NCBI GenBank assembly: GCA_964016885.1
Contig: OZ024742.1
Coordinates: 95,728,001-95,792,000 of the forward strand
Direction: 5' to 3'
Source of the DNA: Eledone cirrhosa
Taxonomy: Eukaryota
Length of the DNA stretch: 64,000 nt
Below, piece after piece: positions 36,120 through 49,211 of this stretch. The notes under the pieces are model-generated. The model worked only from the letters and a program-made list of their open reading frames with translations, did not search any database and was not told the DNA's origin. Every line of letters starts with the position of its first letter. Within the stretch, counting starts at the first letter, position 1. The translations under genes and the position numbers were made by a program.

Positions 36120-37085
36120 AATTTAATGAAACATATTACTATACAGTTATCTGGTATTTTATTTAATTAATCTTTCTCCAACAAAGTAAACCTTCATTAT
36201 AATGAAGCATTCATACAAAATGGGTTTAAAGCTAACAATAGTTATAGCAATCATAATATTAATTCTAAGTCATAAAAAGTTTTTAAAATGTAAGATTATT
36301 TAGTTTAATGCCCCATTCAGAGTAAATTTAAATGCATGTATCTATTTACATCTACACAGTGATGCAGGGATAAAAATATCAATTGTACAAATCTTAAAAA
36401 ACTATCTACAGCCAATCATACTTCTTCATACAACTGTCATAACATTATACACCTTCCGGTAAACCTTTTGGTATTAAATCATATGAAACCATCCTTGTTC
36501 CTATGATATAAAATTGCTTGTTTTAAAGTGTTCATATTTATATTAAAGCCTATCATAATTTGTATGTAAAACCTTTTTTAAATAATGCACCAATCAACAG
36601 CTTACTAATGAAAATGTTATTTTATTATATTCCCTGAATTTGTGATTATTTTCAAAATAAAATTGGAACATATTGATAGTGGATTTCAAAAGAAATATGC
36701 TAATCGATGGGTTAAATAATTCATGTCATTTGAAATAAACAGTTTATTATACAAAAGTATTTATTGTTGATCTTTTGGTTTTTAAAGACCATATTAGATT
36801 AACTGAGAATCATTTTAAGTCCTGAATTGATCAACAACAACATTCTTTCAGAAAGTTAAGAAAATCTTTAGACATAAATTTGTCCAAATACATATGGTTT
36901 TTGAAAAATAACAATCTTTGAAACTATAAAATACTTGGAACATGCCAAACCTTATAAGCAAGTAATGATAGTTGTGCCTGTCATGGAAAATGATATATTG
37001 TGTTATTGAAGCTCCATCTTAAAACAAATGTTCAGAATTAATATCTTTTTGTCACCATCAATCAAAATATTTCTTAAAATGCCTA
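36120..37085 (+). pseudogene. highly degenerate Penelope-like element (RT thumb to GIY-YIG with CxLC type)
   Basis: Fragments read YNEAF..GF, FN.PF, YI.LTENHFKS...HSFRK, LSKYIWFLKNN, EHAKPY and KCSELISFCHH, the same motif order as 20425-20702. Confidence 0.65.
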
Positions 37086-37435
37086 GCATCTGAAAGCCAA
37101 ATAGTTGTATAGTATATTGTTTCAGGCTATAAGCAAATCAGCATTTTCTGCTTTATTTAACATGCACTGTATATCCTTTTTCTTTTCCCTGTCATCACAT
37201 ATCAAAAAGTTTAGTGAGTCCAGAACATACAGACTTGTACAATACCATAATACACTCCACCTATATAAAAATGCTTTAGATTGTTAACATGCATATTCTG
37301 CAGTTTTTATCTTTTATTCCATATGTAATATTATTTCATTCATTTTATTGTTGCTTTAAAATTAGTAAAATGTGAAACTAAGACTCACAATTTATGTAAT
37401 TTCAGCTTATACACACACGCACACACACACACATA

Positions 37436-38186
37436 TATACTTTGGGAGGGTCATGCTGCCAATAAAAACACACGCAAATGTTGGTTTTCACTTCAATTTA
37501 TTGTAAGTTATATATGAATAGGAATATAATATCCATATGTGAAACAGCCCGTAACAGAGGAGAAATGATAAGTGAACACTGGCGAGAACTCTAGGATGGG
37601 AAAAACTCATTAGTACTCCAACAACATGCCAAAATAGAACATAAGGGCACATTAGAGAGCATAGAGATGAAAATTACATTCACACACACAGAAAAGATGC
37701 AATGCCCAGACAAATCACAGAGGTGACAAATATAAATGAACTCCAACTAAAATTAAACAGAAAACATGAGTGGAATAGCAACATCCCAACTAGTAATTAA
37801 GGACAAAATGAAGACATACAGACACACACAAAAACCAAACTAACAAAACAAATCAGACACACACACATAGAACAAACAACCAACTAGTGACAAGTAAATA
37901 AACACATATATAAATGAATAAACACACACATACCTGGATGTAACGCATGCACAAACTAAGCACAACACACAGAAACAAGATGGTGTAGAAGAGAACAAAG
38001 GAGAGACACAAAATATAAACCTAGTCACTGAGGATGTCACAGAATGTTTGACAAAAGACCTTTGATAATATGTAAACAACCTTCTGGTTATCAAACCAAC
38101 CAGCCAACTGGAAAATTATAATAAATTGAAGTGAAAACCAACAGGTGCATGTGTTTTTATTGGCAGCATGACCCTCCCAAAGTATA
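37436..38186. mobile_element. ~750-bp element bounded by ~67-bp inverted repeats
   Basis: TATACTTTGGGAGGGTCATGCTGCCAATAAAAACAC..TTCACTTCAATTTAT (37436-37502) is mirrored at 38120-38186. A related terminus lies at 19339-19365. Confidence 0.8.
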
Positions 38187-38247
38187 ACAATATCTGTTTT
38201 AACACACATTTTCAGATAAGAAATCTCACAAAACAAATTCAAAAACG

Positions 38248-38364
<117 letters not shown>

Positions 38365-39859
38365 TAAGATAGATAGATATAGCAGGAGAGTGTGTTAGCA
38401 TAAAATTGTATAGTCTAACAAGTATATCTATCTCTTTATATACACACAAAAATGTATGCACACATGTGAATGACGTGTCCAAATATTAGCGTATGAGTAT
38501 GATTGTATATATGTGTGTGTGAGAGAGTGTTTGTGTATGTATACAAACATAAATATGATCAACATATCTGTTTATATTTATATGGATTTACAATATAGAG
38601 AATAAAACAACCACAAATTTTCACACGCACAAAAACACACATGTACACATACCTATACCCCATTTATAGTTCTTCCCATATATAAACTCCAGTAATATGT
38701 ATAAATATTCATAGACACACAGGCACATCAAAGTTAAAATAATGATTGACTATAAAATTATGTTGTGCATGCCATGATATAAATCATATTTGCATGATGA
38801 TAAACTTAACTCTATTGCTTTACAACTGACAGGCACACTATATTAGTTTGTGCTACTTATATTGGTAAACCTTTTTCTGTGTATTTTCAATGCTGTCTCA
38901 AATTTCTCAGACATCCAATATCAAGGAAGGCTAATTTTGATGAGTCTGATAATCTTTGACTTAACTGTCTCCATACACTGTTTTGTTGAACAGTCCCCAT
39001 CATTATTTATTCTATGAATGGAATGCAGTGTTTTCCAATTTTGCTTCATCATCATCTTCATCTTCATCATTATTAACATCTTTATTATCATCTTTATTTT
39101 TACCATCATCATCATTATCATCATCTTCATCATCATCATTATCTTTTTTATCATACATCACTTTTCATGATGGCATGTATTGGAAGGGGCATCACATTCT
39201 GGAAAACGACAGGTTGGAGAAACACATCTTGCTCATACATTTCATATTTTGGCATGGTTGCAGGCCCTCTTTAATGATAACTCTTTACAGATTGTACTGG
39301 GTACATTTTATTGTGGCTGCAACATTACCACTTTACATAGTATACTAGGTGCAAATTATAATGATATCAATATTAACAATTTACAAAGTGTACTGGGTGT
39401 ATTTTATCATATAACCAGCACTAACAATGATTAGAGGGTACCAGATGTGTTTTACTGTAGCCACAGTGCTGCCACTCTACAGAGAGTAATAAGTGAAATT
39501 TATCGTGCTACCAACACTATAAAATCTTTCATGTACTTGGCAAGTTTAGAAAGTCCTCTCTAACCTACATTGTCTCCATTCAACCACCAACTACTTTACA
39601 AACTATACTGGGTGCATTTTCCATAACACCAATACAAAAGATGTTGTCAAGTCCTGGATATCCTCTGTTGCCTCATTTGGGTCATTCACCTTTCATCTTT
39701 TCAGAAGATATTTTCCTGCAAACAAATTACCAAGACTGACAGAAACAATACAGTGGACAACACAAAGCCACACATTTAAACTCTTTTGATACTAGATCGC
39801 CTGAGACTGCCCAGACTTCTATGAAACAAAAATGTTTATATTTATTTGAAAGCCTTCCA

Positions 39860-40053
39860 TAATAATTGTTTCTACTTTTTGCACAAGGCCAGCAATTATC
39901 CCAGTGTATTACTGGTACTTTATTTTATCGACCCCGTAAGGATGAAAGGCAAAGTTAACCTTGGCAGGATTTGAACTCAGTCCGTAAAGGGACGTAACTG
40001 TGCTGCAAAGCATGGTGTCCGACCCTCTACCGATATTGCCAATCCCCCGCCCT
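39860..40053 (-). mobile_element. SINE family A
   Basis: Full reverse-complement match. CCATAATAAT occurs on both flanks (TSD-like). Confidence 0.9.
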
Positions 40054-40792
40054 CCATAATAATGTTGTCTAAGAATTGCTCAAAATGAAAAAGTTAGTTA
40101 TATTACTAAATGCCTTATAAATCTTGATTATTTTCAAAATTGTTAACAAATAATTGTTAGTTGTTCATTAACAAGTTGACAAAAGATAAAGGGTAAAAGT
40201 TCCCAGTTTGAATTAAAATCTCACATAATTACACATAGAAACATTTTTAAAGTTATTTAAAATATTCCATATTAATAATGAATAGTCTCAGCAAATATCT
40301 CTTAATTCTGCATTAATTATTTAAAATGCATTGTATTTCATTAGAAATATGGTAAAGAAATGGTTAATTATGTCACTTTCTCTTCGGATTTTATATCTTG
40401 TCATGGGTGAGTTAGCATTTCATGCTTCCTGACTTGATAATATAGTAGCAATCACCTACTGGGGTATATATAATTAACTGCCTCACACCTTAATCTTTTG
40501 TCGCTTTATGCCAATGTTTGAAATTAATAATGCCCCATTGAAGTTGCTTGTAATGGGAATAGAAACTTATCCGTACTATCCTGACTTATATAAACGATCC
40601 TATGATATATTGCAACTTATTACAAAGCATCATTTAATTCTGATGATGAGGATGCAAAGGCCCTGAAACATTGATGATCTAACCAACACCATTGCTTCTA
40701 ATAGTTATAATGCCCTAATAATGAAATATGAAAAAATCCTTTTATATCGTATATAAATATGTGTATATATGAGATGGATCATCTCACTTACC

Positions 40793-41682
40793 TTCTACTG
40801 CTGACTCATATTCACATCCTACGTAATCCTGCAAAATATTCCTTAAATAATCTATTTAGGAGTCATGTGTCAGACGGGTTGTCACATACTGTGGCTAAAT
40901 TCTATGTTATATTTTTGGCTCTGATTTTATGGCTGGATTCCCTTTACAGTATGTACGAAGCGCATTTTATTGGGATGCACTACCACTTTAGAGAGTAGAC
41001 TAGGCGATTTTGTCATGGCATCAGAACTACCACATTACATTGTGGGCTGGGTGCTATTTATTGTGGCACAAGCACTACTGCCTTATATTTTTTGAAGTAG
41101 GATAGAATATTCAATACTTCTTTAATTAAATAACTCTCCCCTCTTTCTCTTTCTCCTTCCTTTTTCATTCACGGATTTTAATCTTACAACTTCTTTACTG
41201 CAGAACTAAATATATATTTGTAAGCAAAAAAAAAAAAATAAATAAATAAATAATTAAGAAAAAGAGAAAACATTAATTAAATGCATATTTGTGGTTTATT
41301 CATTAAAGAGTTGAGATTGTAGAGATATTCACACAGTTGAGATTCCTGTGATAGGGCATTCTTCTCTTTTTTACTCAGAAATGTTCAGGTGTTTGCTTCT
41401 CATATAGATATGTTGCAAAAATATTTAGATGTTTATTGTGTATAAGTGTCCTTTAGATTGTTTCAGCCATCATGGTTAAGGCCATGCCAGTGCACTGCTC
41501 AATATTTTGTTGGAATCAAGCATTAGCATTCATCTGTGATTTGAAATGAGATTAATTTATCATTGCTTCTAAATAGATTATTTCAGGAATATTTTGAAGG
41601 TAATCACTTTTCACCTGATTGAAGGATTATGTAGGGATGTGAATATGAGTCAGCAGTATAATGTAGGAGGGATGATCCATTC
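40793..41682. repeat. ~65-bp imperfect inverted repeat pair ~790 bp apart
   Basis: ATGGATCATC..ACTGCTGACTCATATTCACATCC.TAC.TAATCCT pairs with AGGATTATGTAGGGATGTGAATATGAGTCAGCAGT..GATGATCCAT. Confidence 0.75.
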
Positions 41683-42766
41683 TTCATCAGTATTTAGAAA
41701 AATTTGGTACAAAAGATGCAAATGCTGATGGCATCAGTAATGAGAATTGCAGATGTGTCCTACTTAATAAAAATAAGTAATAGCTTTTTTCAGCATATTT
41801 CTGATGAAATACACAGCCTATGTGTAAAAATTGGTTTGGGAAATAATCTAAAATGTTGACTAATTTAATAATTTCTTTTCATAAACTGTTAGAACATTAC
41901 TTTAAAATTTCTTAAGTAACATTTTGATGGAGGATTCTAATGTAAGTGCAATCATTAGTTTGGTATCAAAAGAATTAAATTGTTAGCATTGATGTCTACA
42001 ATAAGGAAATATTACTGTCTAGACTACTATGCATCTTCATCACGTCTGCTTTTCTATTTTAGCTTAAATTAGACATGACCTTCTGTGCCAGTGTTCTAAG
42101 GCTGGATGTCCTTCATGTTTCCCCACTTTACGTATTTTAAAATATGGTACTTATTCTGCTGATCTTCAACCAAAATATAAATAAACATCATTTTTTAAGC
42201 AATGTCAACACATATACACACAATGTCAACACATATGCACACAATTTCAACACATATACACACAAGTATAAATAATGAGCTTCCTTACAATTTCCATCAC
42301 CCAAATTTAACTCATAAAGCATTGGTCAGTCTGAGGCTATAGCAGAAGACATTTGTCCAAGGTGGCATGCAGTCAGTTGGACTTTAGCAGAATGTATAGC
42401 AATAACATTTAATGCAGTGGAAGCATAAAAGGAATATGTTATTAAATTGTAGTAGCAAGAAATGTAAAGTTTTGTTATGTGGCAATGTTAGCCGAAAGTG
42501 AATGTTGGCCGTGAAAGATGAATGTAACGTTTAAATTGAAGTTGAAGCTGTTATTCGGTAGCAAAGTTGTCACCACGAAAGAAGAGGATTTGCTGTTATA
42601 GTGATAAAATCTTGGGAAAATGATTTTTCCATATCACATCCAAGGTGGTGCAGTAAAAGTATTATAAGACTTTATAATGTTTTACATGATTTATTTACAA
42701 ACCAAAAGGGTTACAAAAGTTGAGCTGGCATGCCAAACAAAGTGAACGAATAAATTAGGTGTTATA

Positions 42767-44357
42767 TCTTTATATATATAAAAGCGAGGATGTGTGTGTG
42801 TCTGTATACAACTTTGTATGATTAAGGCTTTCACAATTACCAACTGAATTTGACCAAATTTTCTGTGCACGTTGCACAGGTCGCTAAGATTGTCACATCA
42901 CAAACATTTTTCAAATCGACCCACGTTGAGCAATAAAAAGTCGATATCAAAATTATCGGTGGAAAAATTGATGTAAGGGAGATAACAAACTTTATTGACA
43001 ATCCTTATAAAAAAGGGAGATAACCTTTGCAAGACATACGGGATTGCAGTGATGTTATGGGGGGTGTCACCCTTCTGCTATCAGGAGACTTCAGACATAC
43101 TCTTCCTATAATACCGAAAAGAACAAGAGCAGATGCGGTAAATGCATGTCTTAAGTCGTCAAACTACCAACATGCGTGCAAGGTTGCATGGGGACCCTCT
43201 GTCATCAACATTTTCTGAAGACATTCCCGAACTTGCGTGATAACTATACGAATCTTGATTGGCTATGCGAAAGAGCCATTCTTGCACCCAAAAATATCAT
43301 GGTTAGCTGTATTAACGATCAGCTTCTTCAGCTTCTTCCTGGATGTCCACGGATATATACATCTATTGATACTGTATGGGATCCCCAGGATGCAGTCAAT
43401 TATCCAGTTGAATTTCTAAATTCTTTAAATCCTCCTGGTTTCCCTCCTAATACATTGGTTCTGAAAGAGGGAACACCAGTTATTTTGCTGAGAAATATCA
43501 CTCCTCCAAAACTATGCAATGGTACACGCCTTGTGGTTAAAAAACTGTCTCCACTTAGTATTGACGCTACTATTCTATCCGGATGTGGAAAAGGCGAGGA
43601 TGTGATAATAACAAAAATTAGCCTGACTACATCAGGCGTGGATACTCCCTTCTCCTTTCGCCGAACCCAATTTCCCATTCGGGTTTCCCTAGCGATGTCC
43701 ATAAACAAGTCGCAAGGTCAAACTCTGTCCGTCGCTGGAATTCACTTGGATGGACCTTGCTTTTCGCACGGACAATTCTACGTTGACTGCTCACGAGTTG
43801 GCAGTCGAGATAATCTCTTTGCGTTTGTTCCGAAAAGAAAAACAAAGAATATCGTCTGTCCTGAACTGCTTTAGTGTTAACAAAAAAACTTATTACAGCT
43901 CTGCCTTGACTTCACCTTACTCATTACAAAACATACCAATGAATATGTCATGTAGGATATTTGGGATTATAAGTTAAAAATGTAACCATACACAGCAAAG
44001 GATGCTCTCAAAGAATAGATTTTCTCTTATTCTACTCTCATTGTTTTTTTTTGTTTGTATACAACTCTGATTTCATTACAACTTTTTGTACTTTAGCAAA
44101 ACTGCCTGTTTTTTTACAGGTTTGCAACGTGTATTGTCTTTAATCATTTGTATAACTACATCCTGTTCAGTGTTTTCCTTCATTATCAGCATAGTTTTAT
44201 GTGTACAAAGATTGCACTAAGTATTCGTTTGCATTAATTATTGAAGACTTCTGCTTATTTTGACAGGTTGGGGACAAATAATGTTCTTCTTTTACTTCCT
44301 AGCTGTATATTCTTAGCATAATTTCAAACCCCGAGCAACGCCGGGTAAATATGCTAG
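42767..44357 (+). mobile_element. internally deleted Helitron
   Basis: Begins TC after an A (TCTTTATATATATAAAA..GTGTGTGTGTCTGT) and ends with hairpin CCCG-AGCAACGC-CGGG then CTAG before a T. Contains a Pif1-like helicase fragment. Confidence 0.9.
43020..43874 (+). pseudogene. Helitron Pif1-like helicase C-terminal fragment
   Basis: Motifs GGVTLLLSGDFR, RAILAPKN, EFLNSLNPPGFP, LLRN..KLCNGTRL, QFPIR..AMSINKSQGQTL and FSHGQ.YV..SRV. Confidence 0.9.
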
Positions 44358-45534
44358 TGTAACATAAACATGGTTCCTAGCCAACATATCGCTGACCAGG
44401 CCGGAGTTGTAATATACTGTTACATTTTGCTTTGTATGGACACGGCAAGGAAACATGGATGTTTACATCTTGATGTCAAAGCAGCAACTGTTTTTTTAGC
44501 GAAACCAAAGAAACGCAAATATCTTCTAGCATGGCGGAAATTGTTGATATTCATGCATGACCATGACTTACGATTGGTCATAAGTAACTAAATCCCGCAT
44601 GAATAGATTATTGTTATACGGCATGAAAACAACTCTGCTACAAGACTGAGCCCAAAGCTACATGGCTGCAAAGTCAAATATTTTACCACACAGCCATGTC
44701 TTTGTCTAAATCGCTGAATGTAACTTGTTCTTAGCAATTACACATTCTAAGAACACACACAAAAAAGATTCTTTAGTTGTTTGCTAAGATAGTTTAATTT
44801 ATTAAAGTAACCACAATTTACAATAGTATCTGTAATTTACTTCAGTAAATAGAACATACTCCAGTAAACACAATTTACTACAGTAAATATAATTGAATGC
44901 AATAACTGCTGTTTATTACAATAATCACAATTTCCTATAGTAACCACCATCATTGAAAACAAATGATTCAGGTTAATTTGATTAACCCCAAAACCATCAA
45001 CGTAAAAATAATTTTGGTTTTGATTTAGCTTCAGAGATATGTTAGTTAACATTACTCAATTTATTAAGGTAACAATATAATTTACAAGAGTAACCACAAA
45101 TTATTATCTCTACCAGAATCATTGGAAGCAAATGATGCAGGTAAATTTGATTAACACTGAAACCACTTAGGTAAAGTAAAAATAATTCAGGCTTTTGAAT
45201 TAGCATCAGAAATATCAGAAATCGAAAATATTTATTTCTAGATTCAGATAAATGATAAGTGTTAAATATATTTACGATAAGAGAGCTATAATTATAGGAA
45301 AAGTGATTCAGAAAGCTCTGCATCAAATATGGTGAGATTAATTTTATTTAATTCACTTTCAAATTTAAGCTTTCCCATGAGAAGTTCTATAGAAATTGTT
45401 CTTATGGAAATATAATTTATGATTGCATTGCATTTGGCAATAACATGAACATGTGTAATTATTTCAGCTATATAAGATCGGTGTAGATTAATGGCAATGT
45501 TAAAGCTGATCACAAGTATATTAATCAATCTTCA

Positions 45535-45566
<32 letters not shown>

Positions 45567-46199
45567 CATAAACACAGACAGACAGATATATATATATATT
45601 CCTATTTTACTTTGCAACTGTATGTAATTTGTCAGGTAAGCCACTTTGAATTTTAAATGCATCAGAATTATTCACACCAAATGCAGTTATTTATGTGGCA
45701 GTACTTTTGATACAATAAAAGTTCTCCAAGAATACTAGATTTACAATTAACCTTTTGATTACTATATTTATCATGAACGTTTATATTTCTCATATGTTTC
45801 ATATGGTTTTTAAAATAATCAAAAATTTGGAAAGATTTACATGATATAACTAACTTTCTCATTATTAATCTGCTGTTTGTAACAACTTAACAAAAGTTCT
45901 GACATAAAATTATAATGGATAATTTTCAGATAAATATAAAGAATTTACAAGAAGCAATTTTTATTGTAGAGCCAGAAAAATGTGGTACATTATTCAGACC
46001 TGCCAACCTCTAAAATTCCAAACAGGGAGTACCATGAAAAAAAGTACACCAAAACGTGGAAAAATGAGGCAAAATATGGAGATTTTACATAATTAAAGCT
46101 ATACCCATTTTCACTAGAGAAGACATCTCTCACCCACCCCGAAGTGGTTGGGAGATCTCCCAGTCGGATGAGGAGATTTGACAGGTCTGCATTATTGTA

Positions 46200-46324
46200 T
46201 CAGATTCTGAGTTCAAATCCCGCCCGAGTTAACTTTGCCTTTCATCCTTAGAGGGTCGATAAAATAAAGTACCAGTAATGCACTAGGTAATTGCTGGACT
46301 TGTGCCAAAAGTAGAAACAATTAT
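46200..46324 (+). mobile_element. 5'-truncated SINE family A
   Basis: Runs from B box through tail. ATTATTGTATCAGA flanks both sides (46191-46204, 46320-46333), a clear TSD. Confidence 0.88.
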
Positions 46325-47294
46325 TGTATCAGAGGGGTTAAGCAAGTATTATGTTGCTTGTACTTCATTGTATCCAATTCTGGGGTACATATTTTATAAT
46401 TAAAATTTCCAGTTCATTTAGCTGTAAATAGGTGTCTCAAGGAAGTTGAGTCTTATGACATATGCAGCAAGAGAATTGTATCGCTGACATTTTTTCAATT
46501 AGTAATAAATATCAATTGTTGTGTGGCAGTAGTTTTAGTACAATATGAAGATGCTCAAGGGAATTGGCTAACTACTTAAATATTTTGTATTCTGTTACAT
46601 GTATTTGGTTCTGGAGTATGTAGTTTACAACGAATTGTTCCAGTTCATTTTGCTCTTAATTAGTATCATGATAATGGGAAGCTGGGACCAACTCTGATGG
46701 TAGACTTAATTTGGTACCCTGTTTAACTCTGCCACCTATAAGCATTCAGCCCAGCACTCATGTCTTAAGATACTTTCTTTCCTCCCATCAGTATTAGATG
46801 CCCTGACAAGAGTCATAGTTTCTGTCAATCAAATTTTGTCCAAGATTGGTATTAAAGAAAATGTCTTAACTACACAGAAATGCCTGCAATCTGTAATTCT
46901 GATCTAGTCTTTTACACTTTATTTGATTCAATGGGGATGAAATGCAAAGTTTAACTCAACCTTAATTGAACTTAGAATATAAAGAGCTGGAAACAATAGC
47001 ATTAGAGGTAGTAATGTTGACATTGATGATGGTGGCAGTAGTATTAGTATTAGTAGTATTAGTAGTAGTGTTTTTAATTTAGGCATAAGGCCTGTAGTTT
47101 GTAGGAGAAGCAAGTAGATTACACTGACCCCAGTACTTAATGGGTACTTTATATTATCAACCCTAGAAAAAGAAAAGGCAAAGGTAACTTTGACATGATA
47201 TAAACTCAGATAAGTTGCTGAAACTTAATACTACAATAAATATTGTCCAATGTTGTAATGATCCAGCCAATGCACTGCTCTATTAGCAGTAGTA

Positions 47295-47490
47295 ATAATT
47301 GTTTCTACTTTTGGCACAAGGCCAGCAAATATCCAGTACATTACTGGTACTTTATTTTATCGACCCCGTAAGGATGAAAGACAAAGTTAACCTCGGCGGG
47401 ATTTGAACTCAGACCATAAAGGGATGTAACTATGCTGGAAAGCATGGTGTCCGACTCCGACTCTCTACCGGTACTGCCAATCCACCGCAC
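47295..47490 (-). mobile_element. SINE family A, within a cluster of older copies (46925-47715)
   Basis: Full reverse-complement match. TTAGCAGTAGTAATAAT occurs on both flanks (TSD). Confidence 0.88.
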
Positions 47491-48392
47491 CTTTTAGCAG
47501 TAGTAATAATAATAATTGTTTCTAATTTAAGCACGAAGACAGAAATATGAACAGTGGGAAAAGTTGACTCCAATATTTTACTGGTACTTGATTTTAATGA
47601 CCCGAGAAGGATGAAAAAATGTTGACCATGACAGGGTTTGAATTTAAAGGGCTAGAGCAAATAACACTAAGCCTTTTGATTGGTACTTTAACAATTCTGC
47701 CAATTCACTACCCTAGTAATATGTATGTACCCCAGGTTCCTGAAACATTCATCAGGGTGATCATGGCATATGGCACACCTTGAGCACCTTAAACCTGTCA
47801 GAGCCCATCCCTTTTCCAAGTTAGAACATGTCCAATTTCTTTCAGAGAATGAGAGGAAGAAAATGTGAAAGAGATATAGAGAAATAATCTACCCTAATGT
47901 TAGACTTGTACATTTTATATTCTCAATGGAAAGCTGGCCTTGGCAGAAATTAAACAGGAAGAATGTAGAGAGCACGAAAAAATACCTCAAACCATTCTGT
48001 CCAATGTTCTAATGACTCTTCCTAGTAGTAGTAATAACACCAAAAATAACAGTAATAACTACAATTTGCAGAGAAAGAAGGCAGTTGTACAACATTGTCA
48101 TATAAGTGTTGGTATGTTATCGCCTGATATATGCTTCCCAAAATTCTACATTTGCTATATAAATGGTCAGTGAAGCTCGTAAATGTTAGCCTAAAGCTCT
48201 TATTGTGCTTAAAATATTAAACTAATAACATTTCTTCCCAGTTATGAAAAATCAACAAGAACAACTGCACGAATAACAGCAAAAAATATGTTGCATCAAT
48301 GGCAGTAGCAAATGTAAATAGTATTTGGGAAGGATAAAAATATATTATAATTGTGTGTCTGGTTGAGTATATATATGCATATTTGTGTATGG

Positions 48393-48424
<32 letters not shown>

Positions 48425-48539
48425 ACAATCTCTCTCACATACACATGCATGCAGACATTCAAATACATATATATATTTAGAGAAAGATAATATATTTATA
48501 CACATATTACATGCTTCTGTCACTCTCTCTCCCTCCCCC

Positions 48540-48636
<97 letters not shown>

Positions 48637-48952
48637 GATTTATACAATATACATGATATATACATATGTTCATGTAAACACACACAGCCACATTCAATGT
48701 GTGTGCTTGTGTAGCACTATGTTGGGAGAAGCATTAAAATCTTCTATATTTTATCCAATTCAAGTCTATTTAAAGAAAGAGAGTGGGAACAATATACATT
48801 AAATCAACTATATTAAGAATTATTTTAGAATTATTTATTTTACTTCCCTATATTTCATTATGCGTACATATATATTTTGATATATGTATGTATATGTATG
48901 TTTGTATATATGAATATATAAACAACTGTTTCGAAAAACTCTCTCTCTCTCC

Positions 48953-48987
<35 letters not shown>

Positions 48988-49211
48988 GTTGTACTTTATG
49001 ATGGTAATGTTGCAAATTGTCATCATCTTATCAAGAATGTGGTGCTCCATTGTTTTACAAACAACCATTACTAGTGCAATACCACCCTAATGCATGAAAT
49101 TGCTTGCCAGCAAGGTGGCTTATGAGGTTGGGATGCAGGTTTTTGTTCATATTATGTAACTTATTTAACTGTTTTCCTGTCTGCACTTTCTATTGGCACT
49201 ATATATATGTG

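Noticed and set aside
43176-43874. Host PIF1 helicase gene
   Set aside because: Intronless, lacks the N-terminal helicase motifs, and is enclosed by Helitron TC and hairpin-CTAG termini.
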